Notes under the pieces: generated by a model
Told to the model about the DNA's origin: nothing
Seen by the model: only the letters and a program-made list of their open reading frames with translations
Database searches by the model: none
Source of the DNA: Patescibacteria group bacterium
GTDB lineage: Bacteria > Patescibacteriota > Microgenomatia > Daviesbacterales > UBA10151
Reading direction: 5' to 3'
DNA: 64,000 nucleotides
Assembly: GCA_038064895.1 (NCBI GenBank)
Contig: JBBTSA010000002.1
Span: forward strand, 8,942-72,941
Program-made: the position numbers and the translations under genes
Shown here: positions 43,675-52,170 of the stretch, piece by piece
How the letters are laid out: every line of letters begins with the position of its first letter
How positions within the stretch are numbered: the first letter of the stretch is position 1

Positions 43675-46017
43675 ATGAAAAAACTGCTTTTCTTATTTCT
43701 ACTTATGGTATTCCCCTTTTTGATGAGTCCGTCTTTCGCATATGGGCAAAGGCAAGAAGTTGACTGTACTATTGCGCAGTCAGCAGTAGGTACTGTTTCG
43801 GACTTATACCAGTGTTCAGGCGGTATTGCCTGCTATAACGACTTCGATTTTATTGTAGAAGGCAACAAATGTTTTAAAGAACCACGGCAAGGAGACTTTG
43901 ATGGTGGACGTTACCATTGTGATACCCAAGCTGATGCTCCTTTTATTGATCCAAGGAATGGTTCTAGAACTACAGTAGGTGCAATTTGCACAGGTGCAGG
44001 GCTTAATTTATCAGCTTCAAGTAAAGCTCTTGAGAATTGCCACATTGAGTACGATAAAGAAAAACAGGAAGGCACGTTTTTTGCAAAGGCCAGTTCTTTT
44101 AGTGGTCCGGTAATCTTTGAACGATTCGAAACACTACCAAACGGACAGGAGGTTGAAATTGCAAAAGATCTTGCAAAATTGAGTTTTACAAATAATGAAT
44201 TGCGTCGCTCCTTCAACCCAGCCCCTGATATCCTCAGAACAAGAGTGGTACTCTATCCTGTGGAAACCAATACTGCTCCGGATGCTGAGCTTTGTACAGC
44301 AAAACATGAGTTTGTTGTGGATAATAGTACTCAAGCAGAAGGTCCTTCTGAACCCGAACCAGCTGCTCCAAGACCTGTTGTTGCCCTACCTTCTGTTATT
44401 GAAATGGTAATTGATAGGTTGGATACTCAAGGAGCTGATAAAGTTGAGGAAAGGGTGGTAGAAGGATTTGAATATAGAGGTGGTGAAGAAGTAAATATCA
44501 CTGCATTTTTGTATGGCAAAGCAGATGAAGCAAAAATTTATGCAGACCCCGCAAAATTAGCTGCAGGCAGATGTATACCAACAGATACTTCTTTAATCTG
44601 GAAGCTTGATGGAAAAGAAATTACAAATGACCAGGTAGTTAGTAATGAATTTGGAGGCAAATCAGTCCTAAAACAAGCCTGTCAACACTTTATTCTAAAA
44701 ATGCCTACAGAATCGGGAGCTCACAACCTATCTGTTGCTCTACCCAATGATGAAAATTATTTGAAAGCTGCAGAACACATACACAGATTCCGAATTAAAG
44801 CTCCTGAACAAACCAGGTCAACAGTGGAGGTTACAGGCTCACCTAATGTATCATCCAGTAGTGTACGGGGTGTAGCCACTTCTTCTGCCAAGCTTAAGAA
44901 AAACAGCATTAAACGTTTGTCTCTTTCAAAAATACTTGAAAAAGATGTAGCAGGAGTTTCTGTTGAGAATTTAGGGGAAAACAGATACTCTGTTCAATCC
45001 ACACCAGTTGGAGATAATTTAATTTATGTTAATCCCTGTACTACTTCTTTAGAATCATCTGATAAGCCTGACTTTACCTTTTTAACACTAAGAAAAGTTG
45101 ATGAGGATAGATCTTCTGAAATTTTGCCCCAGAGCGGAAAAGTTGATAATTGTGAGATACAACCAATAGATTTAGGAGATATTGATGATATGAAGTATCT
45201 GGCAATTGATGTTCACTTTGATCCAGAAGGCTCTTACGAATTTGCTCCATCCAAATCAGAAGATGTAATTATTTATACAGAAGATGAAGAACTTAATTTA
45301 GCAAATGAACCGCTCTTTGTTAAGTTAAAAACAGATCCGGAAATTATTGGTGCTGATGATCGTGAAGTTGAAATCATTGCAATCAGTAACAGACCAATTG
45401 ATGACCCTACTTTTTATGTTAATAGTGGGGGTAGATCTGCAGAATATATTGATTCTGATTGCACAGAAGGAGGAAATTGCGAATACCATATAACTGTTAT
45501 TACTGAATCTAATACAAACTATAATATTGAATTTGCATCTAAATCAATTAGATTCTCAACCGGAGAACTAGAAATTCCAGATGAATCTCAGCCAGAAGAA
45601 CCCCAATCTGGGGAACGTAACGTAACTAATGTTTCAGTATTTATCAATGGTGATGAAATACCCATTTCTGATCCTAACATTACTGTTCAAAGCCCTGGAA
45701 CAGTTCTTATTAGGGTTACCTTTAGTGATGGAGATACGGAATCCATACTTTTGAATCTACAAAGAGGTTCAGGGGAACCAGGGCCTACAGAAGAACCTGG
45801 ACCCACAGAAGAACCCCAGCCTACGGATGAACCACAACCTACAGAGGAACCTTCCCCTACACCATTTCCAACAACTCAATGCCCTGCAGATTGTAATGCT
45901 TATGGAGATGAATGCTGGAGAGGACCAGTAGGGAAAGTTGATGATGAGTGTCCAGAAGATTATACTGATCTTGATGATCCTGGTACAGGATGCTGGGGAA
46001 GATGTGAAGTATTATGA
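43675..46017 (+). CDS. Large secreted protein (780 aa) with Pro/Glu/Thr linker and Cys-rich C-terminal module
   Basis: Signal peptide MKKLLFLFLLMVFPFLMSPSFAYGQ. EPGPTEEPGPTEEPQPTDEPQPTEEPSPTP linker. C-terminal CPADCNAYGDECWRGPVGKVDDECPEDYTDLDDPGTGCWGRCEVL. Confidence 0.55.
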   Translation: MKKLLFLFLLMVFPFLMSPSFAYGQRQEVDCTIAQSAVGTVSDLYQCSGGIACYNDFDFIVEGNKCFKEPRQGDFDGGRYHCDTQADAPFIDPRNGSRTTVGAICTGAGLNLSASSKALENCHIEYDKEKQEGTFFAKASSFSGPVIFERFETLPNGQEVEIAKDLAKLSFTNNELRRSFNPAPDILRTRVVLYPVETNTAPDAELCTAKHEFVVDNSTQAEGPSEPEPAAPRPVVALPSVIEMVIDRLDTQGADKVEERVVEGFEYRGGEEVNITAFLYGKADEAKIYADPAKLAAGRCIPTDTSLIWKLDGKEITNDQVVSNEFGGKSVLKQACQHFILKMPTESGAHNLSVALPNDENYLKAAEHIHRFRIKAPEQTRSTVEVTGSPNVSSSSVRGVATSSAKLKKNSIKRLSLSKILEKDVAGVSVENLGENRYSVQSTPVGDNLIYVNPCTTSLESSDKPDFTFLTLRKVDEDRSSEILPQSGKVDNCEIQPIDLGDIDDMKYLAIDVHFDPEGSYEFAPSKSEDVIIYTEDEELNLANEPLFVKLKTDPEIIGADDREVEIIAISNRPIDDPTFYVNSGGRSAEYIDSDCTEGGNCEYHITVITESNTNYNIEFASKSIRFSTGELEIPDESQPEEPQSGERNVTNVSVFINGDEIPISDPNITVQSPGTVLIRVTFSDGDTESILLNLQRGSGEPGPTEEPGPTEEPQPTDEPQPTEEPSPTPFPTTQCPADCNAYGDECWRGPVGKVDDECPEDYTDLDDPGTGCWGRCEVL

Positions 46018-46256
46018 ATATAGCAGGTTATCAAATTAGCAAAATACAAGCTTTTACAATAGGATTTTTACTAGTAGGCATTATTATCGGAGTCTTTTTA
46101 GTACAAAGACAACAAACTTTAAAAAGTAAAGCCAGTGAAGAGCTCTACAATAAAATTAATGTCCGGGATGCAGAGTGTTTTGGTGAAGGTAGCTCTTATA
46201 CCTGCCGGACTCAATCTGATCAAGTTGAAATAGATATAAGCAATCTACTCCCTTAA
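46014..46256 (+). CDS. Small single-pass membrane protein with conserved LVQ(R/K)xQ juxtamembrane motif and Cys pair (paralogue of 50651-50923)
   Basis: 80 aa. ISKIQAFTIGFLLVGIIIGVFLVQRQQTLKSKA is ~60% identical to ISKKQAIITLILLLGIVFGVILVQKPQIFKGRA of the other copy. ATGA overlap with the preceding giant gene. Confidence 0.55.
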   Translation: MNIAGYQISKIQAFTIGFLLVGIIIGVFLVQRQQTLKSKASEELYNKINVRDAECFGEGSSYTCRTQSDQVEIDISNLLP

Positions 46257-46273
46257 TCCAATACCACCCAGCC

Positions 46274-46302
46274 TCAGCCACAAAAAATACAACAACAAAT
46301 TA
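46274..46302 (+). repeat. att-like copy 3 (CAGCCACAAAAAATACAACAACAAATTAG)
   Basis: In-frame SATKNTTTN* again. Preceded by ACCACCCAGCCTC, a 13-mer that recurs at 51786-51798. Confidence 0.65.
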
Positions 46303-46327
46303 GCCAAGTTTAAGTCCTGCCAATTTT

Positions 46328-46960
46328 TTAGATCTTAAATTTAACCTTTGCTAGCTTTATAGTCTGCTCTTGAAAGAATTTTTTAACCTCATCCCAGGAA
46401 ACAGAAATTAACATTTTGGGAGGTTCCTGAGAATCTGCATCTGCAAAGTAATCCAGACTCCTCATAATATGGACAATATTGTTGGAAAGTTTACCGTATT
46501 TTTGTTCATAAAACTTTAAAATTTGTTCCAGGGAAAATTTTTTAACCAAAAAATAAAGGTCAATAAAATCTCTTTTTGTGCCTCGGCTTGAGATAGCATC
46601 AATTTTCATAGCAGCAATATCTTCCAGAGATGCCAGATTAATCTTAGAAAAGACAGATGTTTTTTTAATTAGTGGATATCTGTAATAAAAATAGCTGAAC
46701 TTAACTTTTGGGAAACTACCCAAAATAGTCCATTTTGCTGTTTCATCTAATTTAAATCCAGGTAACTTTTCGAGCTGTTCTAAAACATCTTCTGTATTGA
46801 ATTCAATGTTCGTAAAAAAATCAAGGTCTAAAGATATGCGGTGTCCAATCTGAAGCGCGCAAGATGTGCCTCCGGCAAGGTATGTATCTTTAAGAATCCC
46901 TGACTCTCCTAATAAGGCCAAAGCTCCTGCCGCATTTTTAGATAAGGTTTTTGTAAACAT
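46328..46960 (-). CDS. Nucleotidyltransferase AbiEii/AbiGii-family toxin (type IV TA / abortive infection)
   Basis: 210 aa. YLAGGTSCALQIGHRISLDLDFF matches the AbiEii GGTAL...R.S.DLDF signature. Confidence 0.7.
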   Translation of the reverse strand: MFTKTLSKNAAGALALLGESGILKDTYLAGGTSCALQIGHRISLDLDFFTNIEFNTEDVLEQLEKLPGFKLDETAKWTILGSFPKVKFSYFYYRYPLIKKTSVFSKINLASLEDIAAMKIDAISSRGTKRDFIDLYFLVKKFSLEQILKFYEQKYGKLSNNIVHIMRSLDYFADADSQEPPKMLISVSWDEVKKFFQEQTIKLAKVKFKI

Positions 46961-47211
46961 ATCACCTTTCTTTTATTAATATCTAAAAGATCCGCCCAGA
47001 AATTGGCAGTTCTGGCAGAAAACCCCCTCCTTTTTGTAACTACCTCTCTAATTAAGTCTCTGCTGTAGGTTTTAAACATCCATCTGATTGCTTTATCATG
47101 CCCCTTATCCAAAAGCCTGTGTATAATGTAAGGCCCACTTTGCTCCTTATCAAGCTCATTAAAATCTACATCCCAAAAGTATTGTTTTAAAAAGGTAGGA
47201 AGCTTTTTCAT
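46909..47211 (-). CDS. Putative partner (antitoxin?) of the AbiEii-like gene
   Basis: 100-aa ORF overlapping the AbiEii gene start by 52 nt. No confident motif. Confidence 0.3.
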   Translation of the reverse strand: MKKLPTFLKQYFWDVDFNELDKEQSGPYIIHRLLDKGHDKAIRWMFKTYSRDLIREVVTKRRGFSARTANFWADLLDINKRKVICLQKPYLKMRQELWPY

Positions 47212-47372
47212 ATAGGTCCTTATACATATATTTTACCATAATTGATACCTAGAAGGTATATTTTTTTCTGTTTATTTCTATAGCCATAACCTTAATATCC
47301 CTAAGCAGAAAACCAGCTTTTTGGGATATCTGTTTATCGGCCTGAATAAACTCAAAGCTATCTAATAGATCT

Positions 47373-47597
47373 TCAATTAATCTCTTCTTCTGTTCTATCC
47401 GACCATATTCCTCTGGTTTCGTCAACTAATTTTTTGATCTTTTCCTTTTTATCTGCTTCATCGCTAATAGGTTGAAGTTTCACTTTTACTTCTCTATCTT
47501 TTTTTATATACACAGGTTCACCAGTAGAAACCACCATATCGACAAGGTTAAAGAAATTGTTTCTTACCTCAGTTGCTGTAATAATATTTTTAGCCAT
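47373..47597 (-). CDS. Phd/YefM-family antitoxin (apparently orphan)
   Basis: 74 aa. ITATEVRNNFFNLVDMVVSTGEPVYIKKDRE is Phd/YefM-like. Downstream lies only a 42-codon start-less remnant (EDLLDSFEFIQADKQISQKAGFLLRDIKVMAIEINRKKYTF). Confidence 0.6.
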   Translation of the reverse strand: MAKNIITATEVRNNFFNLVDMVVSTGEPVYIKKDREVKVKLQPISDEADKKEKIKKLVDETRGIWSDRTEEEIN

Positions 47598-47688
47598 GAC
47601 CCTATTTTACAAAAGTATGTACACAATATCAATACTTCTACTTAGACTACAGATTGACTTCAATCTAATTTTATGACCACAATAAATT

Positions 47689-48186
47689 GTGAGACAAAAA
47701 CTGCTTATAGTAGGTTACATTACTTTGCTCATCACCATTCCTATTACTTTTTATTTATTTAAAGATCAAATCAGATCTAGCTTTCTTAAACCTAAAGTTT
47801 CAATCCAGCCAAAACTTATTAGAGAAACTACAATCGCTGAGGTTGCAGCAAAGTCCCACCCCAGCCTCTTTTATGCAGATTTGGAATATGATCCGAATAC
47901 AGAAGCAGTAGCGTTAAGAGAAACATCTGTAGGTCGCGGTGACCCTCCATCACTTTTTCCTGATAAACCACCCGATGATAATAATCGTTTATCTTTCAAG
48001 GTGGAAGTTGTGTCAAAGGAAAATATTGTCCTTCAAAGCGGCTGGTATTCTGATTATAAACAAAAAGTAAAGCCAAAAGAGGGTTTGCTTAGATTCTCTG
48101 TGGTAACAGGGTATGAACCCGGAGCTATTGTAAAACTCTATTATCCTAATGAGAGTAAGCTTATCTGGCTTGGGAAAATACAATGA
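47689..48186 (+). CDS. Membrane-anchored hypothetical protein (165 aa), first gene of the second surface-protein cassette
   Basis: N-terminal TM LLIVGYITLLITIPITFYLF. Overlaps the downstream giant gene (ATGA). Confidence 0.45.
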   Translation: MRQKLLIVGYITLLITIPITFYLFKDQIRSSFLKPKVSIQPKLIRETTIAEVAAKSHPSLFYADLEYDPNTEAVALRETSVGRGDPPSLFPDKPPDDNNRLSFKVEVVSKENIVLQSGWYSDYKQKVKPKEGLLRFSVVTGYEPGAIVKLYYPNESKLIWLGKIQ

Positions 48187-50663
48187 TTAAAATTTTAATT
48201 TTTTGTTTTGCATTTCTACTTGCAACTTTTGCGTTTACTGGGTCCATTGCTGCACAACAAACAACTAGGCAATATATTGTAAGACCATATTTAGTAATCC
48301 CTTCTGACTGGAATACACCGGAAACTCTTGAACAAATCCCAACCTTTAAACAAGATATCTTACAAGCTTTAGAAGAAGTACAAACTTGGTATGCAGAAAA
48401 CGCAAATGGTAAAACTTTTAATCTTGATGAAGAAGTTCGGGTTGTTTTCCCTCAAACAGCAGTTGTAGAAAGGCGTTTAGGAAATAGTAATATTGAGGAT
48501 TTAGTGCCTAACGAGGAAAATGGAGTAGTAAACACTAATTGGATTGTAGGTTTATGGTCAGGAAGTGCTTTGGGAACTGGAGCTGGAAACCAACTTTCTT
48601 CCATAGGCAATGCCCGTTTAAGCTTTGATCAATTATTGGATTTGCATAATGTTGAAATTAAGGAAGGAATAAGTTATAGAGAAAATGCTATAAAAATACT
48701 TACCCATGAGTTAGGTCATGCTTTTGGTCTAGTTAATGCAGGATATGCCCTTAGTCATCCTTGCACTCAAATAAGTAAAAACGAATGTAGAGATGGTGCT
48801 CCACAACCCTTACCCCAACCTGAAGAATGGAATGGTAGTGTAATGGGGCAAGCTTTTACGAGCTTTTCCAGAGTGAAATTTAATAACTCAATACACAATC
48901 CTGAATTATGGAAATTATATGGAAGTGCATTTGTTAATCCTCAACGCGAGCCTGCTCCTTCTCCTTTCGGCGCAGCAAAACCGCCATTTCGACCCACTAT
49001 TTTTTATGTTAACCCTCAACCAGTAGAAGTTGGGTCTGTTTTGGAAATACACGGGAACAGTTTTGGTGAAAATAAAGGAGAAGTAAATTTATTCCAACGC
49101 TTTTATTCTACTCGAGAAAATAAAGTAGAACAGATAGTTGAATGGTCAGACCAACTTATCAAGTTTGTGGTAGAAAAACCAGCAGATATGATATGCATTA
49201 TCGTTCCTAGCCCAACCGAACCAAATACAACAATCGGTGAATGCGCAAACATTAAAATAGAAGGGGTACCACTTCCCCCAATCCTTACTATAAATTTATC
49301 AACCACCTGTGGAGAGCCGAAAAGGCCTTTACCTATATTTTCGGATTACAAAAAACTTCTAGGTGTCGAACTTAATAAACTTGAAGATAATGGCCAAGAA
49401 ACTCAAAAAATGAACTGGAGTATAAATGCCACTGCCAAACTACAAGCACTTTTCCTCATTGGGTCAGAATCCCCAGTTGCATTAACAGAAGGAAATCATG
49501 TGCTTAGGGCACCGGTATTGGAAGATGTATCTCCTACGCCGGAGATTGTGCCTATTGAAATAACAGATATCACAAAGTCACAAGAATTGACAGCTAATTT
49601 CCATTATCCAGAGTGTCCTGTGCAACCTAGTCCTACGCCGACTCCTACTTCCACTGCTACCCCTTCAGCTACTCCTATAGGAACCTTTGTTACTGGTTCT
49701 GCCTCATGCACAAAACCTCATAACCATTTAACTAAGGATCACTTTGATGTATCCATTGATATGAATATCCCTCCCCAAAAATCAGACCTAAGCGTCTGGA
49801 CAACGATTACTGATGATCGAAGTGGATCCACAGGACTTCTATCATCTGGTGGGGCCGGAAAAAGTCATACCGAACTTCATGACTCTTTCAGTTCAATAAG
49901 AGGACCAGGCACTACCATGAGTTTTACACCTAATACTAAATATACTGTTAAAGTCTGGGCTGCTCCTTATACTACTGAAAACCCCAAGTTTGATAATCTT
50001 ATTACCCAAACTACATTTATAACTGGTGAGTGCGGAGAACTAGAACAAGTTATTATTTCAAATTATCCTGATTTTAGAGAGAATAATACTCCAATTGATG
50101 AAGGAAGTGAGACAAAAGTTATTGAAAATCCTAGTGAAAATCAGGAAATTAAATGGCAAGATTCAACCTTAAGTGAAGATCAACCAGTATATGTGAGGGA
50201 AGTGTATGAAGACGAAACAGTCAAGGATTATCAGGCTGATTTAGATAATGGAGAAAAAACCCTAGTTGGAAATGTACAAATTGAAGAAGTTGAGCAGCCT
50301 GTACAAGAGAAAAGGGTTACAAAAATATCTATAGAAGATTCTGTTATCTGGTCAAAAGAAGAAGGAAGCTTTCCTGTTAACTTAAATTTAAATGACCAGC
50401 AGGTTTACACTATCTGGGTATATTATTCAGATGATACATCAAAACCTTTCAGTTTAACTTTTCAAAAATCTGTCCAGGAAGAACCGTCTACCCAAGAGCC
50501 CGAATCCACAGATTGTCTTACTTCATGCGGGATAGAAAACGGCCTTAACTGTACTGACCAGGAAAAAGCAGATAAAGAGTGTGCAGATTCCTGGGAGGAT
50601 GATTCTACCTGCAGTTTTACTGATTATGGTCCACCCGAGAGAGGAGACGGATGTATACCATGA
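48183..50663 (+). CDS. Large secreted protein (826 aa) with HEXXH zinc-metalloprotease-like motif, Ig-like/IPT-like domain, Thr/Pro linker and Cys-rich C-terminal module
   Basis: Signal peptide MIKILIFCFAFLLATFAFTGSIAAQQ. ILTHELGHAFGL (HEXXH). TIFYVNPQPVEVGSVLEIHGNSFG (IPT-like, tentative). PSPTPTPTSTATPSATP. C-terminal CLTSCGIENGLNCTDQEKADKECADSWEDDSTCSFTDYGPPERGDGCIP. Confidence 0.6.
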   Translation: MIKILIFCFAFLLATFAFTGSIAAQQTTRQYIVRPYLVIPSDWNTPETLEQIPTFKQDILQALEEVQTWYAENANGKTFNLDEEVRVVFPQTAVVERRLGNSNIEDLVPNEENGVVNTNWIVGLWSGSALGTGAGNQLSSIGNARLSFDQLLDLHNVEIKEGISYRENAIKILTHELGHAFGLVNAGYALSHPCTQISKNECRDGAPQPLPQPEEWNGSVMGQAFTSFSRVKFNNSIHNPELWKLYGSAFVNPQREPAPSPFGAAKPPFRPTIFYVNPQPVEVGSVLEIHGNSFGENKGEVNLFQRFYSTRENKVEQIVEWSDQLIKFVVEKPADMICIIVPSPTEPNTTIGECANIKIEGVPLPPILTINLSTTCGEPKRPLPIFSDYKKLLGVELNKLEDNGQETQKMNWSINATAKLQALFLIGSESPVALTEGNHVLRAPVLEDVSPTPEIVPIEITDITKSQELTANFHYPECPVQPSPTPTPTSTATPSATPIGTFVTGSASCTKPHNHLTKDHFDVSIDMNIPPQKSDLSVWTTITDDRSGSTGLLSSGGAGKSHTELHDSFSSIRGPGTTMSFTPNTKYTVKVWAAPYTTENPKFDNLITQTTFITGECGELEQVIISNYPDFRENNTPIDEGSETKVIENPSENQEIKWQDSTLSEDQPVYVREVYEDETVKDYQADLDNGEKTLVGNVQIEEVEQPVQEKRVTKISIEDSVIWSKEEGSFPVNLNLNDQQVYTIWVYYSDDTSKPFSLTFQKSVQEEPSTQEPESTDCLTSCGIENGLNCTDQEKADKECADSWEDDSTCSFTDYGPPERGDGCIP

Positions 50664-50923
50664 AAGAATATATTAAAAATTTAAGGATCAGCAAAAAACA
50701 AGCTATTATTACTTTGATTCTGCTTTTGGGTATTGTCTTTGGTGTGATTTTAGTGCAAAAACCCCAGATTTTTAAAGGAAGGGCAGATGTTGATATATCT
50801 TCTGCTCTAAATATCCAAGGAACAGGTGGTGAGGCGGTTAAGTGTGTACAACAGACCTGTACTACCAAAGCAGAAGAAGTAACTATTGAAGTCAAAGATC
50901 CTGATATATTCCTTAAGGATTAA
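50651..50923 (+). CDS. Small single-pass membrane protein, paralogue of 46014-46256
   Basis: 90 aa. ...GIVFGVILVQKPQIFKGRADV then a Cys pair (KCVQQTC). Overlaps the end of the giant gene by 13 nt. Confidence 0.55.
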   Translation: MYTMKEYIKNLRISKKQAIITLILLLGIVFGVILVQKPQIFKGRADVDISSALNIQGTGGEAVKCVQQTCTTKAEEVTIEVKDPDIFLKD

Positions 50924-50985
50924 CCGGTACAACCGAAGCCTCTAATATTTATGGAGATATAATTTTTACGTTCGCCATAGGCGAA

Positions 50986-51046
50986 GGCAAGGTTCTGACA
51001 ACTGAGCAGTAGAATCTCTAATACTGCGAAGGTGTCATGGTCCTTA
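50986..51046. other. Conserved ~60-nt element (copy B), homologous to 520-579. Overlaps the 3' end of a PIN gene.
   Basis: ggcaaggttctgacaactgagcagtagaatctctaatactgcgaaggtgtcatggtcctta. Preceded by the perfect hairpin ttcgccataggcgaa. Confidence 0.35.
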
Positions 51047-51398
51047 TATCCTTCATTGGAAAATCGGAAGTGTTGTTTGTGACAAGGGTCAAATGGTTAA
51101 GTTTTGCCTGGGCAGCAAGGAAATAGTCTAAAAGCTGTGTTCTTTTGGTTCTCAAAAACTTTTTTCTATATGCTGCTGCTAGTTTAGCAGTGTCAAGGTC
51201 TATAGGCAAAATTGGAAAGCTATCTATTAACTTTTGGAATTGTTTCTCTTCCTTTTCTGTGGCTTGAGACAAAAATTCGCCGACAACTACTACAGATAAA
51301 TAAAGCTCCTTCTCTGCTACTGCTTTTTTAAAAAAGCTTTGACTCGGTTCTTCTCCTATTAATGCTCTAATAATAACATTGGTATCTAAAAGATACAT
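51018..51398 (-). CDS. PIN-domain toxin (VapC)
   Basis: 126 aa. MYLLDTNVIIRAL N-terminus, ...TLVTNNTSDF C-terminal motif. 1-nt-adjacent to the upstream RHH gene. Confidence 0.7.
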   Translation of the reverse strand: MYLLDTNVIIRALIGEEPSQSFFKKAVAEKELYLSVVVVGEFLSQATEKEEKQFQKLIDSFPILPIDLDTAKLAAAYRKKFLRTKRTQLLDYFLAAQAKLNHLTLVTNNTSDFPMKDIRTMTPSQY

Positions 51399-51668
51399 CT
51401 AAAGAATTTTCCTGTCGCGCCTTATTTCCCTTTGCCACTTATTAATATCTACTCCTGCCCAGCCACTTTCCTTAGGGTCTATTGAGCCGCCAAGCTCATC
51501 GGCTAATTTTTTAAGCTCTTCTTTTTCTTTTCTCTCCTCCTCTAGTCTTTTTCTAGCAGCTTTTCTTAAATACTCAGCAAGGGATTCACCACTGGAAGCT
51601 CTTTGACGGTCTATTTCAGCTCTTAAATCTTTTGGTAAATAAATTTGAGTTCTTATAGCTTGATGCAT
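51399..51668 (-). CDS. RHH-type antitoxin (VapB-like)
   Basis: 89 aa. TQIYLPKDLRAEIDRQRASSGESLAEYLRKAARKRLEE (beta-strand plus two helices), charged C-terminal tail. Confidence 0.6.
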   Translation of the reverse strand: MHQAIRTQIYLPKDLRAEIDRQRASSGESLAEYLRKAARKRLEEERKEKEELKKLADELGGSIDPKESGWAGVDINKWQREIRRDRKIL

Positions 51669-51675
51669 ACATCAT

Positions 51676-51705
51676 TAATATACATCACTAGAGTTATTTT
51701 GTCAA
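51676..51705 (-). promoter_or_regulatory. Promoter TTGACA-17-TATATT for vapB-like gene, overlapping inverted repeat CAATAGT...ACTATTG
   Basis: On the minus strand: ttgacaaaataactctagtgatgtatatt then ~10 nt to the ATG. The inverted repeat at 51702-51730 is a likely operator. Confidence 0.5.
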
Positions 51706-51774
51706 TAGTTCGATTTCACTCACTATTGATACTGAGCATACTTGAGGTGAGCGTAGTCGAACCAGTCGAATGTA

Positions 51775-52164
51775 TCAAGATAGCACCACCCAGCCTCTTA
51801 GGTCTTTTTTTGGAATCTTTATAGGAGTGGTTAAAAATTGGTCAACTTCCCCTATAAAGATTAAAGTGCCATATTTTGCATTAGATTTAGCTTCCCAATA
51901 CTCTTTACTTTGGGCAATTCTCTTTCCATATCTTTTTCTTAAGTCATTCATATCAACCTCCTCAAGCCCATCATAAAAGACTACCTTTTTTACAAGAAAT
52001 TGACCAACAGGATCCTGACCAGATGGTTTTATATAAACCAAATCCCCGGAAGAAATTTGACCAAAAGGAGGATCTTTCCTTCTTGAAAACCTGCTTTCTA
52101 TGGTCTTTTGACCGGTAAGTATCTTCTCTCCCCCATCCCCCTTAAAAATAGCCAGGTGTTTCAT
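51775..52164 (-). CDS. ASCH (PUA-like) domain protein
   Basis: 129 aa. MKHLAIFKG...EKILTGQKTIESRF N-terminus resembles the ASCH beta-barrel start. Tentative. Confidence 0.45.
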   Translation of the reverse strand: MKHLAIFKGDGGEKILTGQKTIESRFSRRKDPPFGQISSGDLVYIKPSGQDPVGQFLVKKVVFYDGLEEVDMNDLRKRYGKRIAQSKEYWEAKSNAKYGTLIFIGEVDQFLTTPIKIPKKDLRGWVVLS

Positions 52165-52170
52165 GAAATA

